The notes: generated from the letters alone by a model not told the origin. DNA of 64,000 nucleotides from an uncultured Bacillota bacterium (GCA_963823655.1 CAWGMK010000007.1:1-64000), one strand, 5' to 3'; positions 10,912-22,741 are shown, numbered from the stretch's first letter. Translations and numbers: made by a program.

Positions 10912-11616
10912 TTACATGCCAAGGTATGCTTTGCGCACCATGTCGCTGCAGATGAGCTCGTTGCCCTTGCCCTCGAGCACTATCCTGCCGTTTTGTATTA
11001 CATACCCTCTTGTGCACAGCTCAAGGGCCTCGAGCACCCTCTGCTCGATGAGCATGATGGTGATGCCCTCCTTGCTGATGGTCTTGATGGCCTCGAACAG
11101 CTCGTCGCACAGCTTGGGCATGAGGCCCAACGACGGCTCGTCAAGGACCAGGAGCTTGGGGTTGGACATAAGGCCGCGCCCTAAAGCCAGCATCTGCTGC
11201 TGCCCTCCGCTCATGCTCCAGGACTTCTGGTTCTTCCTCTCCTCGAGTATGGGGAAGAGCTTGTATACGTATTCGAGCCTCTTCTTCGCCTCGGCCTCGT
11301 CTTTGGTGGTATAGGCACCGAGCATGAGGTTCTCTTTGACATTGAGCTTGCCGAACACATGCCTTCCCTCTGGGACATGGACTAGCCCCAGCTTCACTAT
11401 CTCGTGGGCGGGCATGCGATCAATCCTTTTGCCGTTGAACTCGATGGTGCCGGACGTGGTCTTGACCAGTCCTGACACTACCCTGGCAAGCGTGGATTTG
11501 CCGGTGCCGTTGGAACCTACTATTGCGATGATCTCCCCTTCCTTTACGGACAGGGATACATCGACGAGTGCGGGCACTCCGTCATAGCCGGCGCTACAAT
11601 TTACAACGTTCAGCAT
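10912..11616 (-). CDS. livF: ABC transporter ATPase (LivF-like)
   Basis: GSNGTGKS, MSGGQQQM, LDEPSLGL. Confidence 0.9.
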   Translation of the reverse strand: MLNVVNCSAGYDGVPALVDVSLSVKEGEIIAIVGSNGTGKSTLARVVSGLVKTTSGTIEFNGKRIDRMPAHEIVKLGLVHVPEGRHVFGKLNVKENLMLGAYTTKDEAEAKKRLEYVYKLFPILEERKNQKSWSMSGGQQQMLALGRGLMSNPKLLVLDEPSLGLMPKLCDELFEAIKTISKEGITIMLIEQRVLEALELCTRGYVIQNGRIVLEGKGNELICSDMVRKAYLGM

Positions 11617-12328
11617 ATTTATCTCCCAGGTAAGCCGATATCACCTTGATGTCCTTGGAAATTGCGGCAGGTGAGCCCTCGGCGATCTTGACTCCGGAAT
11701 CTAGGACCATAACCCTGTCGGCTATGGGCATGATGGCTTCCATTACGTGCTCGACTACGATGAGCGCCAGGCCGTCTTTCTTCAGGCCCTTGATCATCTT
11801 TGTGGATTCGCCGATTTCCGTGGGGGTCAGCCCTGCCATCGACTCGTCCAGCATGAGGACCTTGGGATCGGTCGCAAGGCACATCGCCACCTCGAGGCGC
11901 TTCTTTGCGGGAAGCGTGAGGTTTACGGCCTTCATGTTCGCCTTGTCGGCCATTCCGACCCTGTCGAGCACCTCAAGCGCCTTCTTCTTGGCGGCTGACG
12001 TCTTCGAGTTTCTAAGGTATGCTCCCACCTGGACGTTTTCAAGGCAGGTCATGCCCTGCAGGATCTGCACCACCTGGAAGGTCCTGGCGATGCCGATTGA
12101 GCATATGTTGTTGGGGCTCCAGCCTACTATGTTGTGCCCCTCGTACATGACTTTGCCGATTTCCGGCCTGTAGAAGCCCGAAAGGCAGCTGAACAGCGTG
12201 GTCTTTCCTGCGCCGTTGGGCCCGATGAGGCCAAGTATCTCGCCGCTTTTTACGGAGAACGATACGTCGTTTACGGCAACTAGGCCGCCGAACTTCTTCG
12301 TCAGGTTAGTTACTACAAGTTCCGGCAT
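11594..12328 (-). CDS. livG: ABC transporter ATPase (LivG-like)
   Basis: [28 protein letters not shown]. Confidence 0.9.
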   Translation of the reverse strand: MPELVVTNLTKKFGGLVAVNDVSFSVKSGEILGLIGPNGAGKTTLFSCLSGFYRPEIGKVMYEGHNIVGWSPNNICSIGIARTFQVVQILQGMTCLENVQVGAYLRNSKTSAAKKKALEVLDRVGMADKANMKAVNLTLPAKKRLEVAMCLATDPKVLMLDESMAGLTPTEIGESTKMIKGLKKDGLALIVVEHVMEAIMPIADRVMVLDSGVKIAEGSPAAISKDIKVISAYLGDKYAERCKL

Positions 12329-13318
12329 TAGGCTTCAAGCCCCCTCTCGCGCCTGGCCTTGAGCCTGCGCCCGGTCTTCCTCGCTATGCCCATTAGGCCG
12401 TCCGGCTCATAGACACATATGAGGACTATGAATGCGCCGTAGATCATAAGGTCGACTCCGCTGCCGCCGGAGCCCATCCACGCCCTTGTGAGCTCGGATA
12501 TGGGCATCAGTATCAGCGATCCGAGTATCGGGCCTACTATGTTGCCCGCGCCTCCGAATACGGCGGTCAGCGCTATGGTGACCGAGATCGTGTGGTCGAA
12601 CATGTAAGCAGGTTCCACATAGAGGCTGTATTGCGCCAGCAGGGAGCCGCATACGCCGGTTATGCCGGCGCTTATGGCGATGGCGATGAGCTTGTAGGCC
12701 GTCTTGTTGACGCCAAGGCCCGTTGCCACTTCCTCGTTCTCCCTGATCGCCTTGAAGTAGAAGCCCATCTTGGACCTCTCCATGATGTACATGAAGACGA
12801 CGACCGCGACGAGCAGCGTAAGAGCTATGTAGTAGTAACCTAGCTTGGAGGAGTGGAACTGGAGGTTCCAGAAGCCCTCTTTAGTCATCGGGTATTATCA
12901 TGCCTGCCGCGCCGCCGACCAAAGGCCAGTTCTCGAAGACGACCTTTATCATCTGGGCGAGAGCTATCGTGCCTATGCCGAAGTATCTGCCGCGCAGGCG
13001 GGAGAATGGAAGGCCGATTATGGTTGCGAACAGCGCAGTCGCAAGTCCGCCGATTATCAGGCCTATCCACGGGTTGATGTTATATGTCACGAATAGGACT
13101 GTCGACGCGTATGCGCCGATGCCGAAGAACGCGGCCTGGCCGATGGATACCATGCCGGCATATCCTGCCATTATGTTCCATGCTTCGGCCATGACGGCAT
13201 AAAGCACGATAAGGACCAGGATATGCTGCTGGAACCTGGCCTTCAGTATGAGCGGGGCCACAATCGCCACAGCAAGGGCGATAAATGGCAGGAATTTGAT
13301 AAGCTTGTTCTTTTCCAT
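12328..13318 (-). CDS. livM: ABC transporter permease (LivM-like), frameshift near 12885
   Basis: ORFs 12881-13333 and 12328-12888 are the two halves of one LivM. Confidence 0.85.
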
Positions 13319-14178
13319 CAGTCGGCCCCCCATCCCATGAGGCCTTTGGGCCGCACGATGACTATTAGGACGTATGCGAGGAATATCAGCGCGTATTTGT
13401 ACTCGGGGCCGATGTAGAAGCCGCCGACAGTCTCGATGATGCCGATGAGTATGGCGCCGATTAGCGCGCCCTCAGTGCTTCCGAAGCCGCCCAGGGCGAC
13501 CGCAACGAGCGCTACCAGGCCGAACATCGTTCCTACATCAGGGAAGATGTAGTAATAGCTCGCCAGAAGCGACCCTGCAGCGCCGGCACAAGCAAGGCCG
13601 ATGCCGAATGCTATGCCGTTGAGCTTCTCGAGGTTGATGCCCATAAGAGACGCCGCCGACCTGTCGATCGATATCGCCTGAATGGCGAGTCCGATCTTGG
13701 TCCTCCTGAGGAACCAGTACACAAGGGCGGCCACTATCAGGCTTCCTATGCTTGCCACAAGTTTGGGCAGCTCTATGAAAATCGGCCCGATCATGAAGGT
13801 GCCTTTGGATATGGCGCCTTGTATCATGCGGTAGTCCGGGGTCCACAGGAATTGGGCCAGGTTGATTATGAATATGCTAAGGCCGAATGTTACCAGCATC
13901 CTGGCCAGGAAGGGCCCTCTTAGGACCTTCGATACTATGCCGCGATAGATCAGTATTCCCAGGCCGAACATTATCAAAGCCACAATCGGCGTTCCCAGCA
14001 CGGGATCCAGCTTGAAGTAAGTGTTAAGCCAGTAGCTCGCATACATCGCGAGCATCACCAGCGCGCCGTGGGCGAAATTGACTATCCCCATCACGCCGTA
14101 GATGAGGCTCAAGCCCATGGCAACCAGGCCGTAAACGCAGCCTAGCAGCACTCCTCCCGTGAGCAATTGGAGCAACAA
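13318..14178 (-). CDS. livH: ABC transporter permease (LivH-like)
   Basis: GLSLIYGVMGIVNFAHG, GGFGS. Confidence 0.9.
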   Translation of the reverse strand: MLLQLLTGGVLLGCVYGLVAMGLSLIYGVMGIVNFAHGALVMLAMYASYWLNTYFKLDPVLGTPIVALIMFGLGILIYRGIVSKVLRGPFLARMLVTFGLSIFIINLAQFLWTPDYRMIQGAISKGTFMIGPIFIELPKLVASIGSLIVAALVYWFLRRTKIGLAIQAISIDRSAASLMGINLEKLNGIAFGIGLACAGAAGSLLASYYYIFPDVGTMFGLVALVAVALGGFGSTEGALIGAILIGIIETVGGFYIGPEYKYALIFLAYVLIVIVRPKGLMGWGAD

Positions 14179-14225
14179 AGAAGACCACCCCTGTCATGTC
14201 AGCGTAAATTCCGCTTGAAATCCGT

Positions 14226-14258
14226 AGGGGGCGCCGCTTTTTAGGGGCGGCGCCCCCG
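14226..14258. other. GC-rich intergenic stem-loop after the binding-protein gene (mRNA stabiliser or partial terminator)
   Basis: GGGGGCGCCGC...GCGGCGCCCCC. Confidence 0.55.
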
Positions 14259-14280
14259 CAGTTCACGTTCCGGTTACTAG

Positions 14281-15559
14281 TTACTTACCAGCGGAGAAAG
14301 GATATACGTAAGGTACGCCGGCCAGGTTGAATGGCCACACGACTCTGAGCTTGCCCTTCTGGAACTGGAGGTAGAGGGACTTGCCCAATACGTTGTCATG
14401 GGTTACGGGATCGAACCTGACTCCGTCATAGGCGGTGATTACGCTGGAAGCCGGCATGTTGGTCTCAAGAAGGGCCTTCCTGATGTCTTCCGGCTTTGTG
14501 GACTTGGCGCGGTTGATCGCGTCAGCAAGTACGAAAGGAGCGGTGAAGCTGCGAGCAGCGCTCGGGCTCATATCGCGGCCGTACTTTTTCTTGTAGAGCT
14601 CGTTTATCTTGGCAACGTACGGCTTGCTGATCGAAAGGTCGAGGCCGTAGACGCCACGCACGAAGATGTTCTCGCAGTCAAGCGCCTACGGTGACTGCGT
14701 AGTTGGGATCGAGGTATCCGGACATTCCTACGAATACCTTCGGGCTAACCTTCATCGCCTTGAAGGTCTGGGTGAAGAGGATGGCGTCGGAAACGTATGC
14801 GCCGTGGACGATGATGTCGGGGTTGGAGGCCTTAACCTTGAGGACCTCTGCTGCTACGTCGGTGGCTTTGTAGACGTAGGATACGTCCGCTACCAGCTGA
14901 TAGCCGTAGAAGGCTGCCCATTTCCTGAGCTCTACTGCAAGGCTTGCGCCCCACTCGGTGTTCTCCCATACGATTGCGAGCCTCTTGAGGTCTACCTTTT
15001 CCTTCTTCTCTATTTCGGCGACCATTTCGAGGGCGTTCTTGGCCTGGATGCCGTCGTGCGGGATGACTCTGAAGAACCACTGGAAGCCGCGCTCGGTCAG
15101 CGTCGGCGATGTCGCGTCGGAGAGAACGTACGGTATCTGAAGCCTTTCAGCAGCCATGCTGGTCGTCTTGACGACGCCGCTCTGGTAACCGCCGAAGAAT
15201 GCCGCGACCTTGGACTCAGTGATGATGCGCTCGGTTTCGGCCATGCCGACTGTCGCATCGCCCCTGCTGTCGCCGAGGACTACTTCAAGCTTCGCCCCGC
15301 CGAGGCTGGGGATGCCCGATGTCCTTGCGAACGGGAAGTCTATGTCATAGACGTTGTTGATGATGTCTATGGCCATCTCTACGCCGGTCATGCAGTCCTC
15401 ACCGGTTGTTGCGAGGGAGCCGGTCAGAGGGTATACTGTACCGATTTTGATTGTGACTTCGGCAGCGGATCCCACTAGGGGTATCATTACCGCGACCATT
15501 GTGAGCACGAGAGCAATGCGCCAGATCATTCCACGATTCTTGCCTGCGTTCACTGTCAT
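14281..15559 (-). CDS. ABC transporter substrate-binding protein (PBP1 family), frameshift near 14670
   Basis: Signal peptide, [17 protein letters not shown]; C-terminal part in ORF 14281-14661. Confidence 0.85.
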
Positions 15560-15642
15560 TCCTCCTTAATATTGGATCTACGCGATCCTAAGAAACGCAA
15601 ATCTGTAAGGGATTAGTCGCCCCTAACCACCCCTTTTCAAAC

Positions 15643-16354
15643 TCATGTCCTCTTCCTGATATTGCTCAGTACTGCCATTTCGACGTCGTTTAGATGTTCC
15701 AGCATGCCTTTTGCGGCCATCTTGTCATTGCGGTTGAGCACGGCCTCGGCAAGCTTTGTGTGGTATTTCAATGCCCTCTCCGCGGCGCCGGGAAGTTCCT
15801 GCACTTCCTGCACCTGCTGGAAAAGGGCGTCCCTGATCGCTTCGAGCGTGGCTGTGAGCACCGAATTGTGCGAACCTACCGCAAGCGCTATGTGGAAACC
15901 CAGGTCAAGGTCGTTGAACTTCTTCAGGTCCTTGACTGTGGATGCCATCTTCTCCACCATGGCCCCGATTTCGGAGAGCTCCTCGTCGCTTGCGCGAAGT
16001 GCGCACAGCGATGCCGCCTCCGGCTCTATGATGCGGCGCGCCTCAATAAGCTCCAAGCACATTGATATTGCCCATGGACAGCATCGGTGAGAGGGGCTTC
16101 ATGAAAGATCCCGGGCAAATGTCAGCGATGTAGGTGCCGCCGCCATGCTTTACTGTTAAAAGGTTCATAAGGCTTAGGGTGCGAACAGCCTCTCTGAGCG
16201 CAGTCCTGCTAACGCCCAAAGAAACGGCAAGCGCCCTTTCGGAGGGGAGCTTGTCACCGGCTTTGAAGTCGCCGTTAATAATTCGCGAAGTAAAATGCTC
16301 TACTATGCCATCGGAGACTTTCATGCGGTGGATCCCGTTGGTTCTGACTGCCAT
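15643..16354 (-). CDS. FadR/GntR-family transcriptional regulator, frameshift near 16050
   Basis: GDKLPSER..LGVSRTALREA wHTH plus FCD domain (EARRIIE, DLGFH). Confidence 0.88.
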
Positions 16355-16383
16355 GCCGACCTCCGTGTTCCGCCTTGCCTCAA

Positions 16384-16406
16384 AGTGGTATGAGCATCAC
16401 ACCACT
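16384..16406. promoter_or_regulatory. Putative FadR-family operator
   Basis: AGTGGT-N11-ACCACT inverted repeat just upstream of the regulator, resembling TGGT-N3-ACCA FadR-type sites. Confidence 0.4.
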
Positions 16407-16525
16407 ACATGGAATATTCTATGGCATTTTCGAGATTCCTTCACTATATTTCTTTCAAAATGTCTGAGAAATCGTCATGGTTCGTGAGATTTTGGGGAAA
16501 TATGGCTTTCATGGCGAAGATGCCG

Positions 16526-16553
16526 ATGCCGCCGAATTCATGGTCGGCGGCAT
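16526..16553. terminator. Stem-loop downstream of DUF2202 gene
   Basis: ATGCCGCCGA...TCGGCGGCAT. Confidence 0.5.
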
Positions 16554-16578
16554 GTGAAACATCGTGTAATGCTGCGTT

Positions 16579-17185
16579 TTAGTTATAATTCATCGCCTTT
16601 TCGAATTCTTCCTGGCTGATGAACTGCGGAGAATAGGATCCTCCTGCCGCCTTTATCTGCGCCATGAAACCCCTCAGGTGTGTAGAGGAGCCGTCTTTAA
16701 GATAGGCGTACAATTCGATGAGGTCAGCCTTGTTCGTCTCTTTGACCGCGAGGTTGATGTCGGATATGTCCTTCTCCTCGGTCAGCGCGCCTACTTTAAG
16801 CGCCTCCAGCGAAGATTTGCCGCCCTCGGTCATAAGGAGCTTGTACAGGTCCTGCAGATTTTTGTCGGCGAATATGCCGGGGAGCGTCCCCTTCGCAGGG
16901 TCTGCGGCGCCGTACTTCTCCAGTACCAGCCTGACGGCATCGGTGTGCCTCTGCTCGCTCTCTGCGATCTTCGTGAATATCCTCAATTCCCACTGATCTG
17001 CCAGCAGATAGTAGATGTCGCGCGCAAGCTTCTCCTCTTCGCGGATGAACTGCAAATGGGAAATCTCCGATGCTGTCAGCTTGAGCGGCGCGGCGAAAGT
17101 GGCAGTCGTCCCCAGGGCAAGCGCCGCAAAGACTGAGAGGATAAGAAGGGCCGATAGAACCAAACCTTATAGAATTCTTGCGCAT
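16579..17185 (-). CDS. DUF2202 ferritin-like protein with signal peptide (probable frameshift near 17165)
   Basis: REEEKLARDIY, ESEQRH, EEKDISD, GSSTHLRGF; GGAGG RBS precedes ATG at 17185. Confidence 0.8.
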
Positions 17186-17364
17186 GTCATCCGCCTCCAA
17201 ACCAGCCTAGTTACATTAATCTACTAATTAGCATAATTGATGCAATCTCCGAACATCAAGGCGCGGATCTTGCTAATAAGCTGCGCTGAGCTTTTTACCG
17301 GGACCTTGCACCGATAGCCAGGCACTTGGGCTGCCAGAGATGCACTCGGTGCGCGAATTGCCCG

Positions 17365-19243
17365 CTAGTTGGTCAGCCAGCCGAGCCCGAGCTCCTCCAG
17401 CTTCGTGGCAGTCGGCACCCCTGTTTCGGGATTCCATCCCATCAGCTCGTAATACTGGCGTCTCGCCTCAAGGAAGGCTTCCTTATCTATCTTGTTGCCG
17501 TCTGAGGGGCCGCCCTTCAAAGGCTCGAATATCCTGCCGGGCAACATGTCGTCCTCAACCGTGAACCCCTCGCGCAGATTGAACATCCTCATCATATTGA
17601 TCCTGCGTTCACCCAGTAAAAGCAGCTCGAATATGTTGGTCTCCCAGCCGGTGGCGTAATTGACCAGCTTGACCATGTCATTGGGTCCGAATATGAGGTT
17701 GATGCCGAAGCAGAACATGCACAGATCAAGAGTGTCCAGCGCACTGTAAAGCCTCTCGGTGTAGGCGAACAGCTTGGCCTTCTCGAAGTCCAGGTCTTTC
17801 ATCGGCTCGGTCTTGGAGAAGCCCAGTGACTTGATCGTCTCGGACAGAGTGTCGGCCGAAATCGCTCCGTCATGAGCGGAGGACATGTGGTCGGCGCCGA
17901 AAGGATTGATCGCGTAAGCAAGTGCCAATGAGCCCTTTATCCTGGGCATATGGGCCGGGAACTCCTGCTTTTTGCAGCATATCGCGTACTTCTTGGCGTC
18001 CCCTCCGAGCTTTTCGGCTGCCCTGAAGGCGCCTTCCGCAAGAATATCGCCTAAGCCTTTGCGCTCATTTATCAGGTCGAGCACCTTTAAAAGGGCCTCC
18101 GGGTTGCCGAACCTGAGCTCAATGCCTCCCGTGTCCTTAGTGCTTAAGATGCCCTTCTCGAAGCATTCCATCGCAAAGGCTATTGTGCCTCCCGCCGATA
18201 TCGTATCGATGCCGTACCTGTTGCAAAGCTCTGCTGCCTTGGCCACCGCCGGCAGGTCATCGATGCCGAGGTATGAGCCGAGCGATGCCACCGTCTCATA
18301 TTCGGGGCCGCCGTAGATCGGGTCGATATTGTAGGGAGCGCCCGTTTCCACTACGCGCTTGCAGCGCACGGCACAGGCCCAGCAGGCCTCGTTCTTCTTC
18401 AATATTGTCTTGGTCATCGTCTGGCCGGAAATGGCGTCAAAGCCCTCAAAGACGCCCGAAGTCCAGTTCCGGGTCGGAAGGCCTCCAAGTGTCTGGTTAC
18501 CAACTACGCCCCTTGCGGTACCGAATTCCCTCAGGGTCTTCGTCGATACATGGTCGATGGACTTCTTTGCGCCATCCTGCGCAAGTGCGATGATCGCATC
18601 CTTGTCGGCAAATTCGGGCGCATTCGTGCCCCTGACGGCAATCGCCTTCAGGTTCTTCGAGCCCATCACGGCTCCCATGCCGTTCCTGCCGTTGTAGTGC
18701 CTTAACTCATTGGTTATGCAGGCATATCTTACTAGCCTCTCGCCGGCGGGGCCTATGAGCGCCACCCGGGCTTTGGCGTCTTTGACGGCGGATCTTATCC
18801 GATCCTGTGCGGGGCCGGTTTCAAGCCCCCATATGCCGGTTGCATCCATAATCTCGATACTCGCCGTCATGTATCCAGAGGAATGATGGTTTGGCGGCGC
18901 GGCCTGTAATCACTATCGCATCCAATCCCGCATACTTGAGCTCGGTCCCCCAGAAGCCGCCCCCCTGGCTATCGCCCAAGCCTCCCGTAAGTGGCGATTT
19001 CGCCGTGACATTGAAGCGAGAGGCCCCGCTCACAGGCGTTCCTGTGGTGACCGAAGCGGCGAACACAAGCACATTCGAAGGGTCGAAGGCGTCTAGCCCT
19101 GGCTTCATCATCTTCAGCGCGTAGTAGGCGCCCACCGCGCTTCCGCCCATGTACTTCCTGTAAAAGGCCTCGTTCGGCTCTTCGACTGCAAATTCCCCTT
19201 TAGTCAGATCCACATGCAATATTCTGCCCTGATAGCCTTTCAT
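17365..19243 (-). CDS. aor: Tungsten-type aldehyde:ferredoxin oxidoreductase (copy 2), frameshift near 18850
   Basis: ORFs 18821-19243 and 17365-18870 are colinear with copy 1, with the same motifs. Confidence 0.9.
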
Positions 19244-19340
19244 GGCGTTTCCTCCCGGATTGTTAGTTGGTTTGATATCCCATATATATTGAATACCATG
19301 CGGCAGCTACGGATTCCTTTTTTGGAGCCCTGCCGCCTAT

Positions 19341-20292
19341 CTAGCTACATAGCCCGGAATCAAGCACATCCAGCACTTTCCGAACCGCTGCGATATTGTT
19401 CCTGAGCATGCTTTCCTTGGATTGCGCTCCCATGTGGGGGGTGAATATGCAATTGTCCAGGGCGAGCAAAGGCGAGTCCTTGGCCATCGGCTCCTTCTCG
19501 AAGACATCGAGGGCCGCGCCGGCGATATGGCCGCTCTTTATTGCCTCATATAGGGCGCTTTCGTCTATAAGGCCGCCTCTGGATGTGTTTATGATGTACG
19601 CGCCGTCTTTCATCTTGGAGAGTGCCTGAGCATCGATGATATGATAGGCCTCCTTGCTCATGGGAATGTGCAGGGAGACGAAATCGGAGGTTCTAAGTAG
19701 AGTGTCCAGATCCGTATACTCAATGCCGTTTCTTGACGCGAAATCCGCATCCTTGGACCTGTTGAAGGCGAGGATTTTCATTCCGAGGGCCCTTCCCTTT
19801 AGCGCGAAGGCTTTGCCTATCGAGCCCAATCCTATAAGGCCAAGCGTTTTGCCGGCAATTTCATCGCCTATATGCCTTTTCCAATGCCCGGCCCTCATAT
19901 TCCTGTCTGCTTCGTTGATCCTTCTTGCAAGGCCGAACATCATGCCGCAGGCCAGCTCCGCTACCGCTTCAGCATTGCCTCCGGGAAGGTTCAGGACCGC
20001 TATTCCCTTCTGCCTTGCTGCAGCCACATCTATGGCATCGATGCCCCACTCCGTGCATGCAGATGACCTTCAGCCTGTCAGCCGCATCTATGGCCGCTTT
20101 ATCCACGGTGTCGTTGCCTACTATTGCTGCATCTATTCCATTCACCAGTGTGGCGAAATCGCCCGGGCCGATCGGATGCCTAAGCGTGCTCTTTATCACT
20201 TCGCACCCTGCCTCTTCAAGCATCTTGATTGGCTCATCCGAGACTATCCCGAACAGCTTGGTGGTTATTAGCACGCGGAACTTTTCCTGCAT
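19341..20292 (-). CDS. D-2-hydroxyacid / phosphoglycerate dehydrogenase-family protein, frameshift near 20035
   Basis: GLIGLGSIG, DFVSLHIP, INTSRG, AALDVFEKEP, TPHMG. Confidence 0.87.
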
Positions 20293-20371
20293 CTGTCACC
20301 TCTGGTTTACTGGCAGCCAGCTGCCTTTAGTAGTGCAAACACCTGTTGGGTCAAATATCAATTGATAGCCA

Positions 20372-21395
20372 CTATGGCCTGTATATGACCGACGGGGTAA
20401 TATGTGCAAGCGTTGCGCAGTCAGTGAGTATCATCGCCCTCTTCAGAAGGGAGGCATACTCATCGTACTGAAGCTTTACAGCCTCTGCGCCGCCGCCTGC
20501 GGCTACTATTGCAAGAGGGCGTCCAATAAGGACGGCGTCTGCGCCCAGGGCAAGCATCTTGAGGACATCAATGCCGTTGCGTACGCCGCCGTCAGCCAGC
20601 ACAACCATTCTTTTGGCAACGGCTTCCGCAATCGCGGGCAATACTTCTGCAGTGCCCGGCGTGCAATCGAGGGCCCTTCCGCCGTGGTTCGAGACTACTA
20701 TGCCAGCGGCGCCGGCCTCCAGCGCAATTATGGCATCTTCCTTGGTCATAATCCCCTTGAGGATTATCTTGATGCCGGATGCTTTGTTAACGATCTCCTC
20801 GATCTTTCCCCTGGTCTTGGGCTCAACCTTCTGACCGGTAAGCGCCATATTGACCAGGCCTGCGGCGTCTACATCTATGGCGACTACTGTGGCGCCCGCA
20901 TCCTTTGCCAACATGACCCTCTTCAGGATCTCGTCGTTCATGCGGGGTTTGATGACCGGGATGGCAATACCGTTGGCTTTCTTTATTGAACCGAGGGTCG
21001 CCTCATAGACTTCCATATCCCCGCCGTCGCCGCCCATGCCTATAGTGCCAGCCAGCCTCGCTCCCAAAGATCATGGAATCGGCCATTTCTTGTTCGCTGA
21101 GCTCGCCCATCTTGTTTATCCTGACTCCTGCAACGGCGGCTCCGATTATGGGCATGCTCAATTCAATGCCGAACAGCGATTTCTTGATATCCGGCTCAAA
21201 TGACTCATGCAGCACCCTCATGTTGATAGAGAGCTTGGCCAATGCCTTTACATTGTTGATGAAGCCGCTTCCGGTTCCTACGCCGCCGTATCCGGGGACC
21301 TGGCCTGCGCAGGCTACTCCGTCGCAATATTTGCATACCCGGCATACGTTTTTCAGCGCTATTGCAGCATTAGCCTTTGCTGTAGTTAAATCCAT
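20372..21395 (-). CDS. FMN-dependent alpha-hydroxy-acid dehydrogenase/oxidase, frameshift near 21060
   Basis: N-terminal CxxCxxCxxxxC; LKGIMT, VSNHGGR, DGGVRNG, IGRP. Confidence 0.87.
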
Positions 21396-21783
21396 TGCTT
21401 TGTCCTCCTCAGTCTTTCAATCACGCTAAATTCATTGAAAGTACATTGCCTGAGATATCTGCTTAGCCAGCATCGCTTCAACGGATATTAACAATATTGG
21501 CACGGATTTTGATTTCACATCAACTTTTCCTTGGTTTCCCGACCCTTATCGCCTCAAATATGATTCTGTGAATTGGAATGTCATCATGCCCAGGCAGCCA
21601 ACTTTATAATCTGCTGTTTCAAGTGTAACAGCAGAAACCAGATTACAGAGAGTGCCAAGTCGCCTCTTTCAGCACACAAGCTTAATACGGTAAATTTTGA
21701 GTCTTCTGCAGATGCTATTTTATTTTGAAAAGCTTATTATACTTATAGGAGATATATCATTATGTGAAATAAAGGAGGGCGCC

Positions 21784-22437
21784 ATGAAATCGCTTCGTAT
21801 AGCAGCTATCGCCCTGTTGATGTTGTCCATTATTATACTCGGTGGGTGCAGAGAACAGGGAACCTGGACTGTGGATTTCACGGATGTAACGAATATTGAC
21901 GACTGGGAAATTTGGGGCGACTATTCTATAGGAACAGACGGACTATGGCTTGATAATGAGAGCGAAGTAAATGCTCCGGTCGCATTCTCCGGAGACTTTA
22001 CTCTAACGCTCTCTTTCACGCTTGCTACCAAAGTTGATGGCTATGGGTATATGGAGCTATTCTTCACACAAGACTGGGACGAGGATTTTTGGTCCGGTGT
22101 CTTTTTTAATGATTTCAGCAGTAATTCTACGATTGAGTACGGCGCGTATGAACATGACAACATCCACGACTTATCAAGAGATCTCTTTATTGACGAGGAT
22201 ATGATTACAAGCCTAGATAGAAATGGCAATAATGTCATGGAAGTGGTCAAGCTAGGCAACCATTTTACCGTGTTCCTAAATGACATCCAGATATTTGCAT
22301 ACAACCAGGACGATTATTATGAAAGCAATTACTACTGCCCGGCTTTGTATTCCGACGATTGGGATAATATTACAAATTCGATCTTTTATAAGGATATTAC
22401 TGTTGAATACAATGGCACAAAGGTAACATTGCCTTAG
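21784..22437 (+). CDS. Acidic lipoprotein, possibly ConA-like beta-sandwich
   Basis: AAGGAGG RBS; lipobox LGGC; Asp/aromatic-rich beta-strand pattern. Confidence 0.65.
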   Translation: MKSLRIAAIALLMLSIIILGGCREQGTWTVDFTDVTNIDDWEIWGDYSIGTDGLWLDNESEVNAPVAFSGDFTLTLSFTLATKVDGYGYMELFFTQDWDEDFWSGVFFNDFSSNSTIEYGAYEHDNIHDLSRDLFIDEDMITSLDRNGNNVMEVVKLGNHFTVFLNDIQIFAYNQDDYYESNYYCPALYSDDWDNITNSIFYKDITVEYNGTKVTLP

Positions 22438-22741
22438 CTTCACGTATTAGTACATATCTATCCAGGAAATATAGGCTCGTGCAAGCAAAAGCCCTTGGAT
22501 AAGAATCATACGTTTCAAAGGCCAAGACCGGATAGAATTTGGAAGGTTCTTATCAAGAAAAAATCTATAATGATTGCGCTATAAATATCGTTGGCGAAAA
22601 TTGCGAAAGCATACTACTTCACAGGTTTTTGGTTCCAATCGGCGGGCCAAGGATTCGTGTCTCCGAGATTCGAACCCTCCCCGCCGAAGTGAGGATGATT
22701 CTGGTTTATGCCAATTCATCGCCACTTCGAAAAGTGCCGAA

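Noticed and set aside
9508-11314. Long plus-strand ORFs (342 aa, 296 aa) and similar antisense ORFs across the window
   Set aside because: Shadows of GC-rich minus-strand genes, with no motifs or RBS.
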